Positions 1 to 8,978 of a DNA stretch of 64,000 nt are shown in pieces; the stretch's first letter is position 1, and the number at the start of each line of letters is the position of its first letter. Under the pieces are notes generated by a model, which was not told the DNA's origin, did not search any database, and saw only the letters and a list, made by a program, of their open reading frames with translations. Source of the DNA: an uncultured Azospirillum sp. (lineage in GTDB: Bacteria > Pseudomonadota > Alphaproteobacteria > RF32 > CAG-239); the NCBI GenBank assembly GCA_902489795.1, contig CABUBU010000005.1, forward strand, positions 166-64,165, given 5' to 3'. A program made the position numbers and the translations under genes.

Positions 1-1017
1 CTCTCTCTCCTTTGTTACCCCAAATCCCCTTACATCACTTTCACACCGAACAGTCTGCATGCCATTTTATACTCCCCGCTGTCAGCCCCCATACGTTACT
101 TCATATGATCCGCCCGCATTCCGCTTCACACCACTTTTTATCTCTCCGAATCCCCTTATATTTCCCCCGAACCCGGTACCGGATCTTGCGGGAAAAAAGA
201 AAAAAAGACGCCTTATCCGTCAGTTTTTCTCCTGCCGAAAGCACGACGGATAAGACCGTCATCCCGCAAAAACAAACACAGCCGTATCCGCCATCCTGCA
301 AGCAAACGAAAAGGCCTGGGGAACTTACAAAAAAACAAACAGCCAAACGAAAAGCAATACACAAAGAGGTACAAGAGCCAAGTGCGGCCTGACAGACTTT
401 CCGTCCGTTTCCCGCAAGCGAAAGGGATAAGCGGATTCGGGAATCCTGCGGAAAAGGAAGGACAAAAAAGGAAAAGGAAAATAAAACTCAACGGAGTTGA
501 AAACGGCATGATTCCGAGAAAAAACAGATAAAAAAGGAAACAAACGGAGTGAGCGGATTCGGGAACCTCATGTCGCGAAAAAGAAGCGGAAAGCCGGAAC
601 TGTTCCGCCATATTCATATGTTGCCGGAGATACCGCCTGAATATCCCGTAAAATTAATGGCGGGCGACCTCAAAGGCAAAAACCGCCTTTTAACATAAGA
701 ACAGTTTTGACATCACAACCAAAAATTTGGGCATAAAGGGCATCACGTCGATACCACAGAAAAAAAACAGCTGGAAGAATATATCCGAAATCAACCTAAA
801 GAAGACGCAGCAAAAGTCAACAGACTGTGGATTTTCCCTCGTTTAGGACAAACCGGACAATCTTTCCCCATCGAAACGTCAGCAGCTTTAAAGACAAAGA
901 TATTGTCTGATGTATGCCAAGTGCCGGCATTATATGCAGAAACTTCTCTTCTTATCAGAAAAGCCGTGTTCCGGGCATGCGGTCAACCTGCCGCGCCAGA
1001 GCGTCATATATCTTTTA

Positions 1018-1092
1018 GCGTTCGCCGATACCTTGAGGGTTACACCCGAGCATGAAAATCCCCGCGTTTTATGCGGGGAGCTTTTCATTTTT
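1018..1092 (+). repeat. Solo copy of the IS200/IS605-type element end that also occurs at 18366-18440 (inverted there)
   Basis: By-eye alignment of 1018-1092 with the reverse complement of 18366-18440. Shared core CCTTGAGGGTTACACCCG, followed by a G/C hairpin (CCCCGC-N7-GCGGGG here). Roughly 70 percent identity over ~75 nt. No transposase lies next to this copy. Confidence 0.55.
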
Positions 1093-2095
1093 TCAAACCA
1101 TAAGAGAAATAGCGCGGCTTTTCATAAACCACGATCCGTTCGATTTTTTCAAAAGAACTCATACGGCTGCCGTAAATGATCTTGCCGTTGGTTCCGGGCA
1201 GACTGCCGTTTCTTTCCTGATATTCCTTCAGATCCATCAGATTCATAAATACGCCGTTTTCAAAAAAAACGTTCCAGCCGTAAGGCGAATCAATGTTGAC
1301 ATGAATGGTTTTAATGCTTTTGTCATAATCAAGAAACTCCGGCATATTATTCAAAGAAATCTCATAAACCTTTTCTCCCAGCGTGCCGTCATACCATCTC
1401 AGGCATCCGAGAGCCCGACGGTCTTCCTCGGACAGAAAACATGCCTCTTCGGGTTTGTTTTCCTCCGCCGGCAACACCGCGTTTTCCATCCTCGGCGCTT
1501 CTGCCACCGGTTCCTCCTCCGGCAGGCTTCCCCCTGCCGCCGGATTTTCCGGTTTTTCCCCGCCGACGGCAGCCATCAGCTCGGCAACCGTCGCCGCCGG
1601 CGCCGTTCCCAGCCCCGACAAAGAACCGAAAGCCGCCGCACGGTTTGCCGCCGAAGCGTCAAATCTCGGTTTTTCCGCAAACTCGGGTATTTCCGGCTCG
1701 GCTTCGGCAATGCCGGACTGCGGCATCGCTGCCGTCAACGCGTCAAAATCGGACAATGTTTCCTCCGCCGCGTCAAACCTCGGCATTTCCGGTTCAATCC
1801 CGGCATCGTCAACTGCCGCTTCCTTCGCCGGAATTGCAGGTTCTGCCGCGGACGTCTGCGCCGGTTTGGATTTTCCGCCGCCTCTTGAAGCTTCGTATTT
1901 GCTCAGCGCCGTATCCAGATCGTCAATACTGAAATCGTTAAAATCGATAAAATCGTCATCATCGTCCGCGTTGCCGTTTCCGCCGGCGGCCGGCGCATCG
2001 TTCCCGTCGGCGGCAAGCAAAGCGTCGATACTGCCGACACCGCCGTCCGCGTCCTTAAGGTTTAATTCAAAATCGTCGTTTTCTTTACCAGCCAT
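1085..2095 (-). CDS. Hypothetical protein with an acidic low-complexity N-terminal half and a compact C-terminal domain
   Basis: 336-aa ORF; ATG at 2095 preceded by AAGGA. The N-terminal ~200 aa are D/E/A/P-rich; the C-terminal ~110 aa are non-repetitive (RWYDGTLGEKVYEISL...). No family recognised. The plus-strand ORFs over the same DNA are low-complexity shadows. Confidence 0.55.
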   Translation of the reverse strand: MAGKENDDFELNLKDADGGVGSIDALLAADGNDAPAAGGNGNADDDDDFIDFNDFSIDDLDTALSKYEASRGGGKSKPAQTSAAEPAIPAKEAAVDDAGIEPEMPRFDAAEETLSDFDALTAAMPQSGIAEAEPEIPEFAEKPRFDASAANRAAAFGSLSGLGTAPAATVAELMAAVGGEKPENPAAGGSLPEEEPVAEAPRMENAVLPAEENKPEEACFLSEEDRRALGCLRWYDGTLGEKVYEISLNNMPEFLDYDKSIKTIHVNIDSPYGWNVFFENGVFMNLMDLKEYQERNGSLPGTNGKIIYGSRMSSFEKIERIVVYEKPRYFSYGLKK

Positions 2096-2287
2096 CGTTT
2101 TGATCCTTGAATCGCAGAATTTTTACCTGAACACAGCTTACACAACATAAGTTAATTTGTTTTTAACAAAAAAAAGCCCCGACTGCAAGCAGAATGGCGG
2201 AAAATAAAAAAAGTTTTTCAGCCGTACCCGGATCAGGCGTAACTGAAAAACCTTTTTTATCGGAAAGTATATTTCCTGATGTGAGAG

Positions 2288-3661
2288 TTATAAGGGAATA
2301 GAAATGAGTACCCTCAAGCCTCCTATCGGTGAATCGGCCAGCTCTATTTTGCCGCCGTGTGAAACGATAACGTCCTTGGCAATCGACAGTCCGAGACCGA
2401 CGCCGCCGGTTTCCTTGTTGCGGGAACCTTCAATCCGGTAAAAGGCCTTGAACACGTCTTCCCTTTTGTCGGGCGGAATCCCCGGCCCGTCGTCATCGAC
2501 CGTCACTTCCAGCTTGTTGTTGTTGCTCTCAAGCGCAACCGAAACCGTGCTGCCGTAGTTAAACGCGTTGCCGATAACGTTGGTCAGCGCCCTTTTCAGC
2601 GACTGTTCGCGCCCCTGAATGGCGCTCACCTGATCGTTGGTGCTGTAACGGATCAGCGCCTTGCTGTTGCGGAATTTGTTCAAAATGCTTAAAATCATTT
2701 CGTTCATGTCAACAAAAGTCGACGGTTCGCCGCCTTCGCCGCTGACAAACGACAAATAGCCTTCAAGCATTTTTTCCATCTCGTTGACGTCTTGCAGAAA
2801 CTCTTCCTTGTCCAGACCGTTTTTATCGCCGTTGTCGGGCAGCATCGCCAACTGCAGCTTCATCCGCGTCAGCGGCGTGCGCAGATCGTGGGAAACGCCG
2901 GCCAGCATCTGCGTTCTTTCGCTGATCTGGCGCTGAATGCGCTCTTTCATCTTGATAAAGGCAATGCCGGCGCGGCGCACTTCCGAAGAACCGTAAGGCT
3001 TGAACTTTTTATTGTCCACCCCTTTGCCGAACTCTTCAGCAGCTTCCGCCAGATCAGCAATCGAACGAACCTGAATGCGCAGAAACAAAACCGCCACCAG
3101 AAACAGCAAAAGCGAAGTGCCGATCATCCAGGCGACGAACCCGAAAATGGAAGTACTGAAAATATTCTTTGACGAAGTCGCAAACTGATACAAACCTTTT
3201 TCGGTATCGACGAAAACCACCAGGTCGGGATTGCTCTTGCCGATGTAAATGCTGGTGATCGCTTCCGGAAACTCCACTCTCAGCGCGTCTTCCAAAAACC
3301 CGGTCACCAGTTTGTTCTGTTTTCTGACCTTGCGGATCACCTCATGCTTTTTGTCGTTGGGATAATACTCAAACTCCATGTCAAAAATCTCTTTGGTCAG
3401 CGCCTGAATTTCGGGCAGATTGGCCGGAGATTTTTCCGACAACTGTATGGCAAAGGCCATGTTGGACGTCAGATTGGTAGAGAGCCGTTTGCCGACCCGC
3501 CCCCAGCTGCCGTCAAAAAACGCGACGATCGACACCACCTGAACCACAATCAACGGAATGAAGATCAGAAGCATCGTACGAAAGAACAGCGTGCGCGGCA
3601 GCATCTTGATCTTCAGATAGCGCATCGTGTCTTCCACTTTTTTCGGAAATGTCAAATGCAT
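2288..3661 (-). CDS. envZ: Sensor histidine kinase, EnvZ-like
   Basis: 457-aa ORF with two hydrophobic segments, H-box SHDLRTPLTR and ATPase boxes (NAFNYG, DDDGPGIP, GGVGLGLSI) resembling E. coli EnvZ. It lies 30 nt downstream of the ompR-like gene. Confidence 0.85.
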   Translation of the reverse strand: MHLTFPKKVEDTMRYLKIKMLPRTLFFRTMLLIFIPLIVVQVVSIVAFFDGSWGRVGKRLSTNLTSNMAFAIQLSEKSPANLPEIQALTKEIFDMEFEYYPNDKKHEVIRKVRKQNKLVTGFLEDALRVEFPEAITSIYIGKSNPDLVVFVDTEKGLYQFATSSKNIFSTSIFGFVAWMIGTSLLLFLVAVLFLRIQVRSIADLAEAAEEFGKGVDNKKFKPYGSSEVRRAGIAFIKMKERIQRQISERTQMLAGVSHDLRTPLTRMKLQLAMLPDNGDKNGLDKEEFLQDVNEMEKMLEGYLSFVSGEGGEPSTFVDMNEMILSILNKFRNSKALIRYSTNDQVSAIQGREQSLKRALTNVIGNAFNYGSTVSVALESNNNKLEVTVDDDGPGIPPDKREDVFKAFYRIEGSRNKETGGVGLGLSIAKDVIVSHGGKIELADSPIGGLRVLISIPL

Positions 3662-3691
3662 TTTCCCGCTCCTTCAAGTTATCAAAAAAAG

Positions 3692-4396
3692 TTATTCGGT
3701 CAGCAGCATATAGCCTTTGCCGCGAACCGTCTGCAAATAGCGCGGATTTTTGGAATCCCTTTCAATCTTCTTGCGCAGCCTTGTCACCTGCACGTCAATC
3801 GAACGCGGCCCCTGTCCGGCCCCCAGCAGTTCCGCCAGCCGATCGCGGCTGAAAATCTGCCCCGGCTTCTGTCCCAAAAGCGAAAGCATGGACTGTTCCA
3901 CCGGCGTGATATGGACAATCTCCCCGTCTGCGCCGGTCAGTTCCCGGGTTTCCAGATCATAGCGGCAAAGCCCCAGGTTAAGCCGGGTTTCCTGTTTTTC
4001 GTTTTCCTGCGGCGCGCGGCGGAGAATGTTTTTAATCCTCAAAACCAGTTCCTTGGGTTCAAACGGCTTCGGCAGATAATCGTCGGCACCGCTCTCCAGC
4101 CCCGCGATACGGTCGCCGGTTTCCCCCATCGCCGTCAGCAGAATTACCGGAACGTTGTCTTCCTTTCTCAGGCCGGCAAGAAATTCCAGACCGCTTTCCT
4201 CGGGCATCATAATGTCGACGATCAGAAGATCGAACTTATACTGTTTCAGCATCATCCGGGCTTCCGCCGCGCCTTTGGCGGCCGACACGCGAAAACCGTT
4301 TTCCTGCAGAAAGCGCTGCAGCAGCGCCCGCAGACGGGTATCGTCGTCCACCACCAGAATATGCGCTTTGTGCATTTCCATCGCGGCTCCGGCCAA
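3692..4396 (-). CDS. ompR: OmpR-family response regulator
   Basis: Receiver domain (ILVVDDDTRLRALL, LLIVDIMMP, DDYLPKPF) plus a winged-helix C-terminus (VTRLRKKIE...YLQTVRGKGY), alignable by eye to E. coli OmpR. The start is ambiguous (ATG at 4396, 4381 or 4375). Confidence 0.9.
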   Translation of the reverse strand: MAGAAMEMHKAHILVVDDDTRLRALLQRFLQENGFRVSAAKGAAEARMMLKQYKFDLLIVDIMMPEESGLEFLAGLRKEDNVPVILLTAMGETGDRIAGLESGADDYLPKPFEPKELVLRIKNILRRAPQENEKQETRLNLGLCRYDLETRELTGADGEIVHITPVEQSMLSLLGQKPGQIFSRDRLAELLGAGQGPRSIDVQVTRLRKKIERDSKNPRYLQTVRGKGYMLLTE

Positions 4397-4398
4397 TG

Positions 4399-5340
4399 TC
4401 AGTTTTCCGTTTTCTCAGGCACCGCCGACCGGTCCGCCGCAGGCGCCGGGAACGCTTCCGCCGTCGTCTGTGTTTCCGCCGACTTAATCTCCTTCACCCC
4501 CGTTTTGGCCGCCGCTTTTTTCCGTCGGCGGCTGTTTTTCACCGCCGCTTTGGCAGCTGTCTTTTTCGGCGCCGCGGCATCCGTTTCCGCAGTCTTGGCC
4601 TTGCGCCCGCGCTTCGCCGCCGCTTTCTTCACCACCGTTTTTTCCACGCTGTTCTTAACCTTGACGGCAATTTTCTTAACTTCCTGTTCCACCTGTTTGA
4701 CCGGATTCTTCTTGTTGTTTTCAACCGTATAAATATAATCCAGACATTTTTCGAAATACTGATAACCGGTAATGAAAGTCAGAATGCCGGCCACCCACAG
4801 CAGCCATTCGCCGAGCACGCCGACGGGATTGCCGATCAGCGGCAGGTTTTGCAGCAAAATCATAGCGATCGCCGTCATCTGAAAACCGGTTTTCCATTTG
4901 GCCAGACGGGTTACCGGCATGCCGACGTGGAACTCGGCCAGAAACTCGCGCAGACCGGAAACCAGAACTTCCCGGCACATGATGATGATGACCGGAATAT
5001 AGGTCAGCGGCGTCACCAACTGGTTGGCAACCACGATGACCAGCGCCGACACCACCAGCAGTTTGTCGGCAATCGGATCAAGCAGCCGTCCGAGCACCGA
5101 ACTCTGATTGCGCGAACGGGCAAGATAACCATCAAGATAATCGGTAATCGAAGCCGTTACGAACAACGCGCCGGCAAAAATCGACCACAGGACGGAATGA
5201 ATATAAATCGAAAGAAAAATGACCGGGATCACGACAATCCGGGAAATTGTCAGAACATTGGGAAGATTTAACACTGCAACACCTATCAAAAAAACAAAAT
5301 TAAAAATCCATTTACCAAGATAATATTGCATAAATTTCAT
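4399..5340 (-). CDS. pgsA: CDP-diacylglycerol--glycerol-3-phosphate 3-phosphatidyltransferase with a ~110-aa Lys/Ala-rich C-terminal tail
   Basis: CDP-alcohol phosphatidyltransferase motif DGYLAR-x8-G-x2-LDPIADK and multiple TM helices. The ATG at 5340 overlaps the uvrC stop (ATGA). An alternative GTG at 5274 gives the usual MLNLPN N-terminus. The tail (about 4399-4740) is KAAAK/KKTAAK-like. Confidence 0.85.
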   Translation of the reverse strand: MKFMQYYLGKWIFNFVFLIGVAVLNLPNVLTISRIVVIPVIFLSIYIHSVLWSIFAGALFVTASITDYLDGYLARSRNQSSVLGRLLDPIADKLLVVSALVIVVANQLVTPLTYIPVIIIMCREVLVSGLREFLAEFHVGMPVTRLAKWKTGFQMTAIAMILLQNLPLIGNPVGVLGEWLLWVAGILTFITGYQYFEKCLDYIYTVENNKKNPVKQVEQEVKKIAVKVKNSVEKTVVKKAAAKRGRKAKTAETDAAAPKKTAAKAAVKNSRRRKKAAAKTGVKEIKSAETQTTAEAFPAPAADRSAVPEKTEN

Positions 5341-7142
5341 TTATGGAAGTATTTAAACACTTTTTCCGCCGTTTTTTTGCTGATTCCCGCCACTTTTTCA
5401 ATATCTTTAAGACCTGCCTGTGCCACCGCCTCGGCTGAACCGAAATAATTGAGCAATGCCTTCTTGCGGCCGGCGCCGATTCCCTCGATGGCGTCAAGCT
5501 TCGACCGGGTTATCGATTTGCCGCGTTTTTTGCGGTGGGTACCGATGGCGAAGCGGTGTGCCTCGTCGCGGATGTTCTGCATGTAAAAGGCCAGCGGCGA
5601 AGCAAACGGCAGGGCAAAGCTTTCTTTGCCCGCTTGATGGTAGAACTCCTTGCCGGCATTACGTTCCGGCCCTTTCGAAATGGCGATCACCGCAATCCCC
5701 GAAAGATCGAAATCTTTCAGGCATTCAAGCACCGCATGCAACTGGCCGAGACCGCCGTCAAGCAAAATCACATCCGGACGGTTTTCCGGCGTCATCCGCT
5801 TAAACCGACGGGTCAGCACTTCTTTCATCATTGCAAAATCGTCGTTGGTAATGGCCGGATCCTTGATGTTGAAAGTGCGGTAAGACTTCTTGTCGAAACC
5901 TTCCGGAGTGGCCACGATCATCGCCCCCACCGCATAGCTGCCCTGGATGTGCGAGTTGTCGTAAACCTCGATCCGTTCCGGCATTTTCGGCAGCCCGAAC
6001 GCCCGCTGCATTTCAAGCAGATTGCTGCGGACGGAATTTTCCAGCGCCATTTTGCGTTCCAGCGATTCTTTGGCATTGTTCCTGACATTGGCGGCAATTT
6101 TGGCTTTGTCGCCGCGTTGATAAACATTGATCCTTGCGCCGATCGCCTCGCTTAAAAATTCCCGCCCTTCTATTTCATCGGCGAGCACGATCTCTTCCGG
6201 CGGCACGTGCGAAGCGTAAAAACTGCTTAAGAAAGCCTCCATAATCTCGCCGTCATCGGCTTCTTCCGCCTGCGCGGGGAAAAACGGCAGATTGCCGCAG
6301 TTCTGCCCCGAACGGATAAAAAAGACCTGAATGGAAACCCTGCCGCTTTGACGGTACAAAGCAACAAAATCCGCCGACTTGATCGAACCGTATTCGACGT
6401 TGGTACCCTGCTGCACGCTGGTTAAGGCGCGGATCCGGTCGCGGTACGTTATCGCTTCCTCAAAATCCTGCCGTTCGCTCGCTTCCTGCATTTTCGCCGT
6501 CATTTCGTCGCGCAGCCGGCTGCTCTTGTTTTCGATAAAGGCCACCGCCTCGTTGACCAGCTGCCGGTATTCCTCTTTGGAAACTTTGCCGACACACGGC
6601 GCCGAACAACGTTTGATCTGATACATCAGACAGGGGCGGTCGCGGTGGGCAAACACGCTGTCCGAACACGAACGCAGCAAAAACGCCTTCTGCAAAAGGT
6701 CCAGCACGTTGTTGACCGCGCCGGCGTTGGCAAACGGACCGAAATATTTGTAACCGTCCTTTTTTTCGCCGCGATACTTGCAAAGCACCGGATATTCGGC
6801 CTTCACGTCCAGCGAAAGATAGGGAAAGCTCTTGTCGTCCTTGAGCAGAATGTTGTAATGCGGCACCAGTTTTTTGATCAGCTCGTTTTCCAGCAGCAGC
6901 GCCCGCGCCTCGTTTTCGACGACGATAAACTCCATCCGTTCGATTTCCGACACCATCCGCTGCAGCCGGACCGGCAGCTTTTCGATATGCGAATAGGCCA
7001 CGATCCGCTTTTTGATGTTTTTCGCCTTGCCGACGTAAAGCACCTTTCCGCCCTCGCCCAGCATCCGGTAAACACCGGGCTTTTCGGGAGCAATGCGGAT
7101 GTTTTTCTTCAATATTTCCAGTCCGCGCCTGATATCAATCAA
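5337..7142 (-). CDS. uvrC: Excinuclease ABC subunit C
   Basis: 601 aa. N-terminal GIY-YIG (GVYRMLGEGGKVLYVGKA), central UvrC endonuclease region, C-terminal HhH2 (IEGIGAGRKKALLNYFGS). Confidence 0.95.
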   Translation of the reverse strand: MIDIRRGLEILKKNIRIAPEKPGVYRMLGEGGKVLYVGKAKNIKKRIVAYSHIEKLPVRLQRMVSEIERMEFIVVENEARALLLENELIKKLVPHYNILLKDDKSFPYLSLDVKAEYPVLCKYRGEKKDGYKYFGPFANAGAVNNVLDLLQKAFLLRSCSDSVFAHRDRPCLMYQIKRCSAPCVGKVSKEEYRQLVNEAVAFIENKSSRLRDEMTAKMQEASERQDFEEAITYRDRIRALTSVQQGTNVEYGSIKSADFVALYRQSGRVSIQVFFIRSGQNCGNLPFFPAQAEEADDGEIMEAFLSSFYASHVPPEEIVLADEIEGREFLSEAIGARINVYQRGDKAKIAANVRNNAKESLERKMALENSVRSNLLEMQRAFGLPKMPERIEVYDNSHIQGSYAVGAMIVATPEGFDKKSYRTFNIKDPAITNDDFAMMKEVLTRRFKRMTPENRPDVILLDGGLGQLHAVLECLKDFDLSGIAVIAISKGPERNAGKEFYHQAGKESFALPFASPLAFYMQNIRDEAHRFAIGTHRKKRGKSITRSKLDAIEGIGAGRKKALLNYFGSAEAVAQAGLKDIEKVAGISKKTAEKVFKYFHK

Positions 7143-7154
7143 ATCTACTCTTCC

Positions 7155-7472
7155 TTAAAAAATCAGCGTTTCAAAAAAGATAAAGGCCAACAGCCCCGAA
7201 AACATCAACTGCAGCAGGTTGCCGACAAACCTTCCGCCCATCGCCGGATAATCGAGCCCGCGCCCGTGTTCTTTATATATTTGATTGAAAAACAAAGTGT
7301 AAAGCCCAGACCAGGCTGCCGACAGCAAATAAAAGCTCAGATCCGAAAACAACGGAAAGGCTTCTTCCATATCCAGAAACGCCGACAACAGAAACCCGGC
7401 GATGATACCCGAAAACACCATCGGCCGGAAAATGATGCCGCTGGCAAACAGGGCCTTCAATCCGTTCAGCAA
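7155..7472 (-). CDS. Small hypothetical membrane protein
   Basis: 105-codon ORF (TTG start as tracked) between glmM and uvrC on the same strand, with 3 hydrophobic helices. No family recognised; start uncertain. Confidence 0.4.
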   Translation of the reverse strand: MLNGLKALFASGIIFRPMVFSGIIAGFLLSAFLDMEEAFPLFSDLSFYLLSAAWSGLYTLFFNQIYKEHGRGLDYPAMGGRFVGNLLQLMFSGLLAFIFFETLIF

Positions 7473-7487
7473 TGTTTTTCGCCTCCT

Positions 7488-8831
7488 TTACTGAAAACGT
7501 TTAATTTCGTTGACAATAGAGTCGCTCAGTTCCCGCACCAGCGCCTCGTCGCTGCCGGAAACCCAGACCCGGATCAGCGGTTCGGTTCCCGACGGGTGCA
7601 AAACCACCCGCCCGCGGCCGGCGATTTTTTCTTCCGCCGCCTTTACCGCCGCTTGCACTCTTTCGTCCTCGACCGCCTGCCGAACCACTTCGCGGCTGGC
7701 CACCCGCGGATTGACAAACACAAACGGATCAAAGGCGAAACGAGGAAAAATTTCGCTCATTTTCCTGCCGCTCTTCAACAGCCCCAAACTGAGCAAAAGC
7801 CCGGCCACCATACCGTCGCCGGTTTTGCCGTAATCGGCAACCACCACATGACCGGACTCTTCGCCGCCGACGCTGCAGCCGACTTCCCGCATTTTGGCAA
7901 TTACCGCCCGTTCGCCGACTTTGGTGCTGTAATATTCCATGCCGAGCGAACGAACGTAACGCTCCAGAGCGGTGTTGGAAAGTACCGTCGAAACCACCGC
8001 GTTGCCGTTGTATTTGCCTTCCGCTTTCAGAGTTTCCGCCAAAAAGGCAATCAGCTGTTCGCTGGCGACTTTCTCGCCTTTTTCGTTGCAGACGATAATG
8101 CGGTCGCCGTCGCCGTCCACCGCGATTCCCAAATGGGCATGGGCATCGCGCACGGTCTCAAACATTTTTTCCGGGTGCTGCGATCCGCAGTCTTTGTTGA
8201 TGTTGCAGCCATCCGGCCGATTGCCGAGCGCGATCACGCCGGCGCCGAGGTCTTTAAACACCTGCGGCATAATGTCGGCAAATACGCCGTTGGCGCAGTC
8301 AAGCACCACCCGCTGCCCTTTCAGCGGCCGGTCCGATTCGATAAAGCTTTTGGCTTTTTCCAGATAAAGCACGACCGCTTCCCTGTTTTCGCCGACGGTA
8401 CCCGGCCGGCAGCCTTCCAGTTCAATACTGTCTGCGGCAATCAGCTCTTCCAGCCGCGAAGTCACCTCGTCGGAAAATTTGTCGCCTTCCGCGGTGATCA
8501 GTTTGATGCCGTTGTCCTGATACGGATTGTGAGAAGCCGTAATCATAAACGACATGTCCACGCCAAGTTCGGGGGTTACCGAAGTTACCGCCGGCGTCGG
8601 CAGCACGCCGAGCTTAACCACGTCGACCCCGGCCGCCGTCAGTCCGGCCGTCAGCCCGGCTTCAAGCATTTCACCGGAAATGCGGGTATCGCGCCCGATC
8701 GCCGCCCGCTTTTTGTTGCGGCAGATTTCCTGCCCGCAGGCCATTCCCAGTTTTACCGCAAATTCGGCAGTCATCGGATAAACGTTGGCCACCCCGCGCA
8801 CCCCGTCGGTGCCGAACAATTTTTTAGTCAT
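7488..8831 (-). CDS. glmM: Phosphoglucosamine mutase
   Basis: 447 aa. N-terminus MTKKLFGTDGVRG; active-site loop TASHNPYQDNGIK; full-length phosphohexomutase architecture. Confidence 0.95.
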   Translation of the reverse strand: MTKKLFGTDGVRGVANVYPMTAEFAVKLGMACGQEICRNKKRAAIGRDTRISGEMLEAGLTAGLTAAGVDVVKLGVLPTPAVTSVTPELGVDMSFMITASHNPYQDNGIKLITAEGDKFSDEVTSRLEELIAADSIELEGCRPGTVGENREAVVLYLEKAKSFIESDRPLKGQRVVLDCANGVFADIMPQVFKDLGAGVIALGNRPDGCNINKDCGSQHPEKMFETVRDAHAHLGIAVDGDGDRIIVCNEKGEKVASEQLIAFLAETLKAEGKYNGNAVVSTVLSNTALERYVRSLGMEYYSTKVGERAVIAKMREVGCSVGGEESGHVVVADYGKTGDGMVAGLLLSLGLLKSGRKMSEIFPRFAFDPFVFVNPRVASREVVRQAVEDERVQAAVKAAEEKIAGRGRVVLHPSGTEPLIRVWVSGSDEALVRELSDSIVNEIKRFQ

Positions 8832-8978
8832 GATTCCAAAATCTCCTGTTTAAAACTGTCATCAATATATAAACATTCGCCGCAAATGGCAACAATCCAT
8901 TTCGCAGCCGGGCAATTGACTTTTTTTGTCCAATAAAGTACGATAGAAAAACAATGTACCGGACACGGAGCGGCAGCA

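Noticed and set aside
12-617. Several overlapping 60-134-aa ORFs on both strands
   Set aside because: They are open only because the DNA is strand-skewed and low in complexity. They have no RBS, no motif and mutually overlapping frames.
3344-4732. 462-aa plus-strand ORF
   Set aside because: It is antisense to envZ, ompR and the pgsA tail, and is low in complexity.
6645-8936. 763-aa plus-strand ORF
   Set aside because: It runs antisense to the clearly identifiable uvrC and glmM genes. Its composition is Arg/His/Gln/Phe-rich and low in complexity, with no motif. It is a shadow ORF of GC-rich coding DNA.
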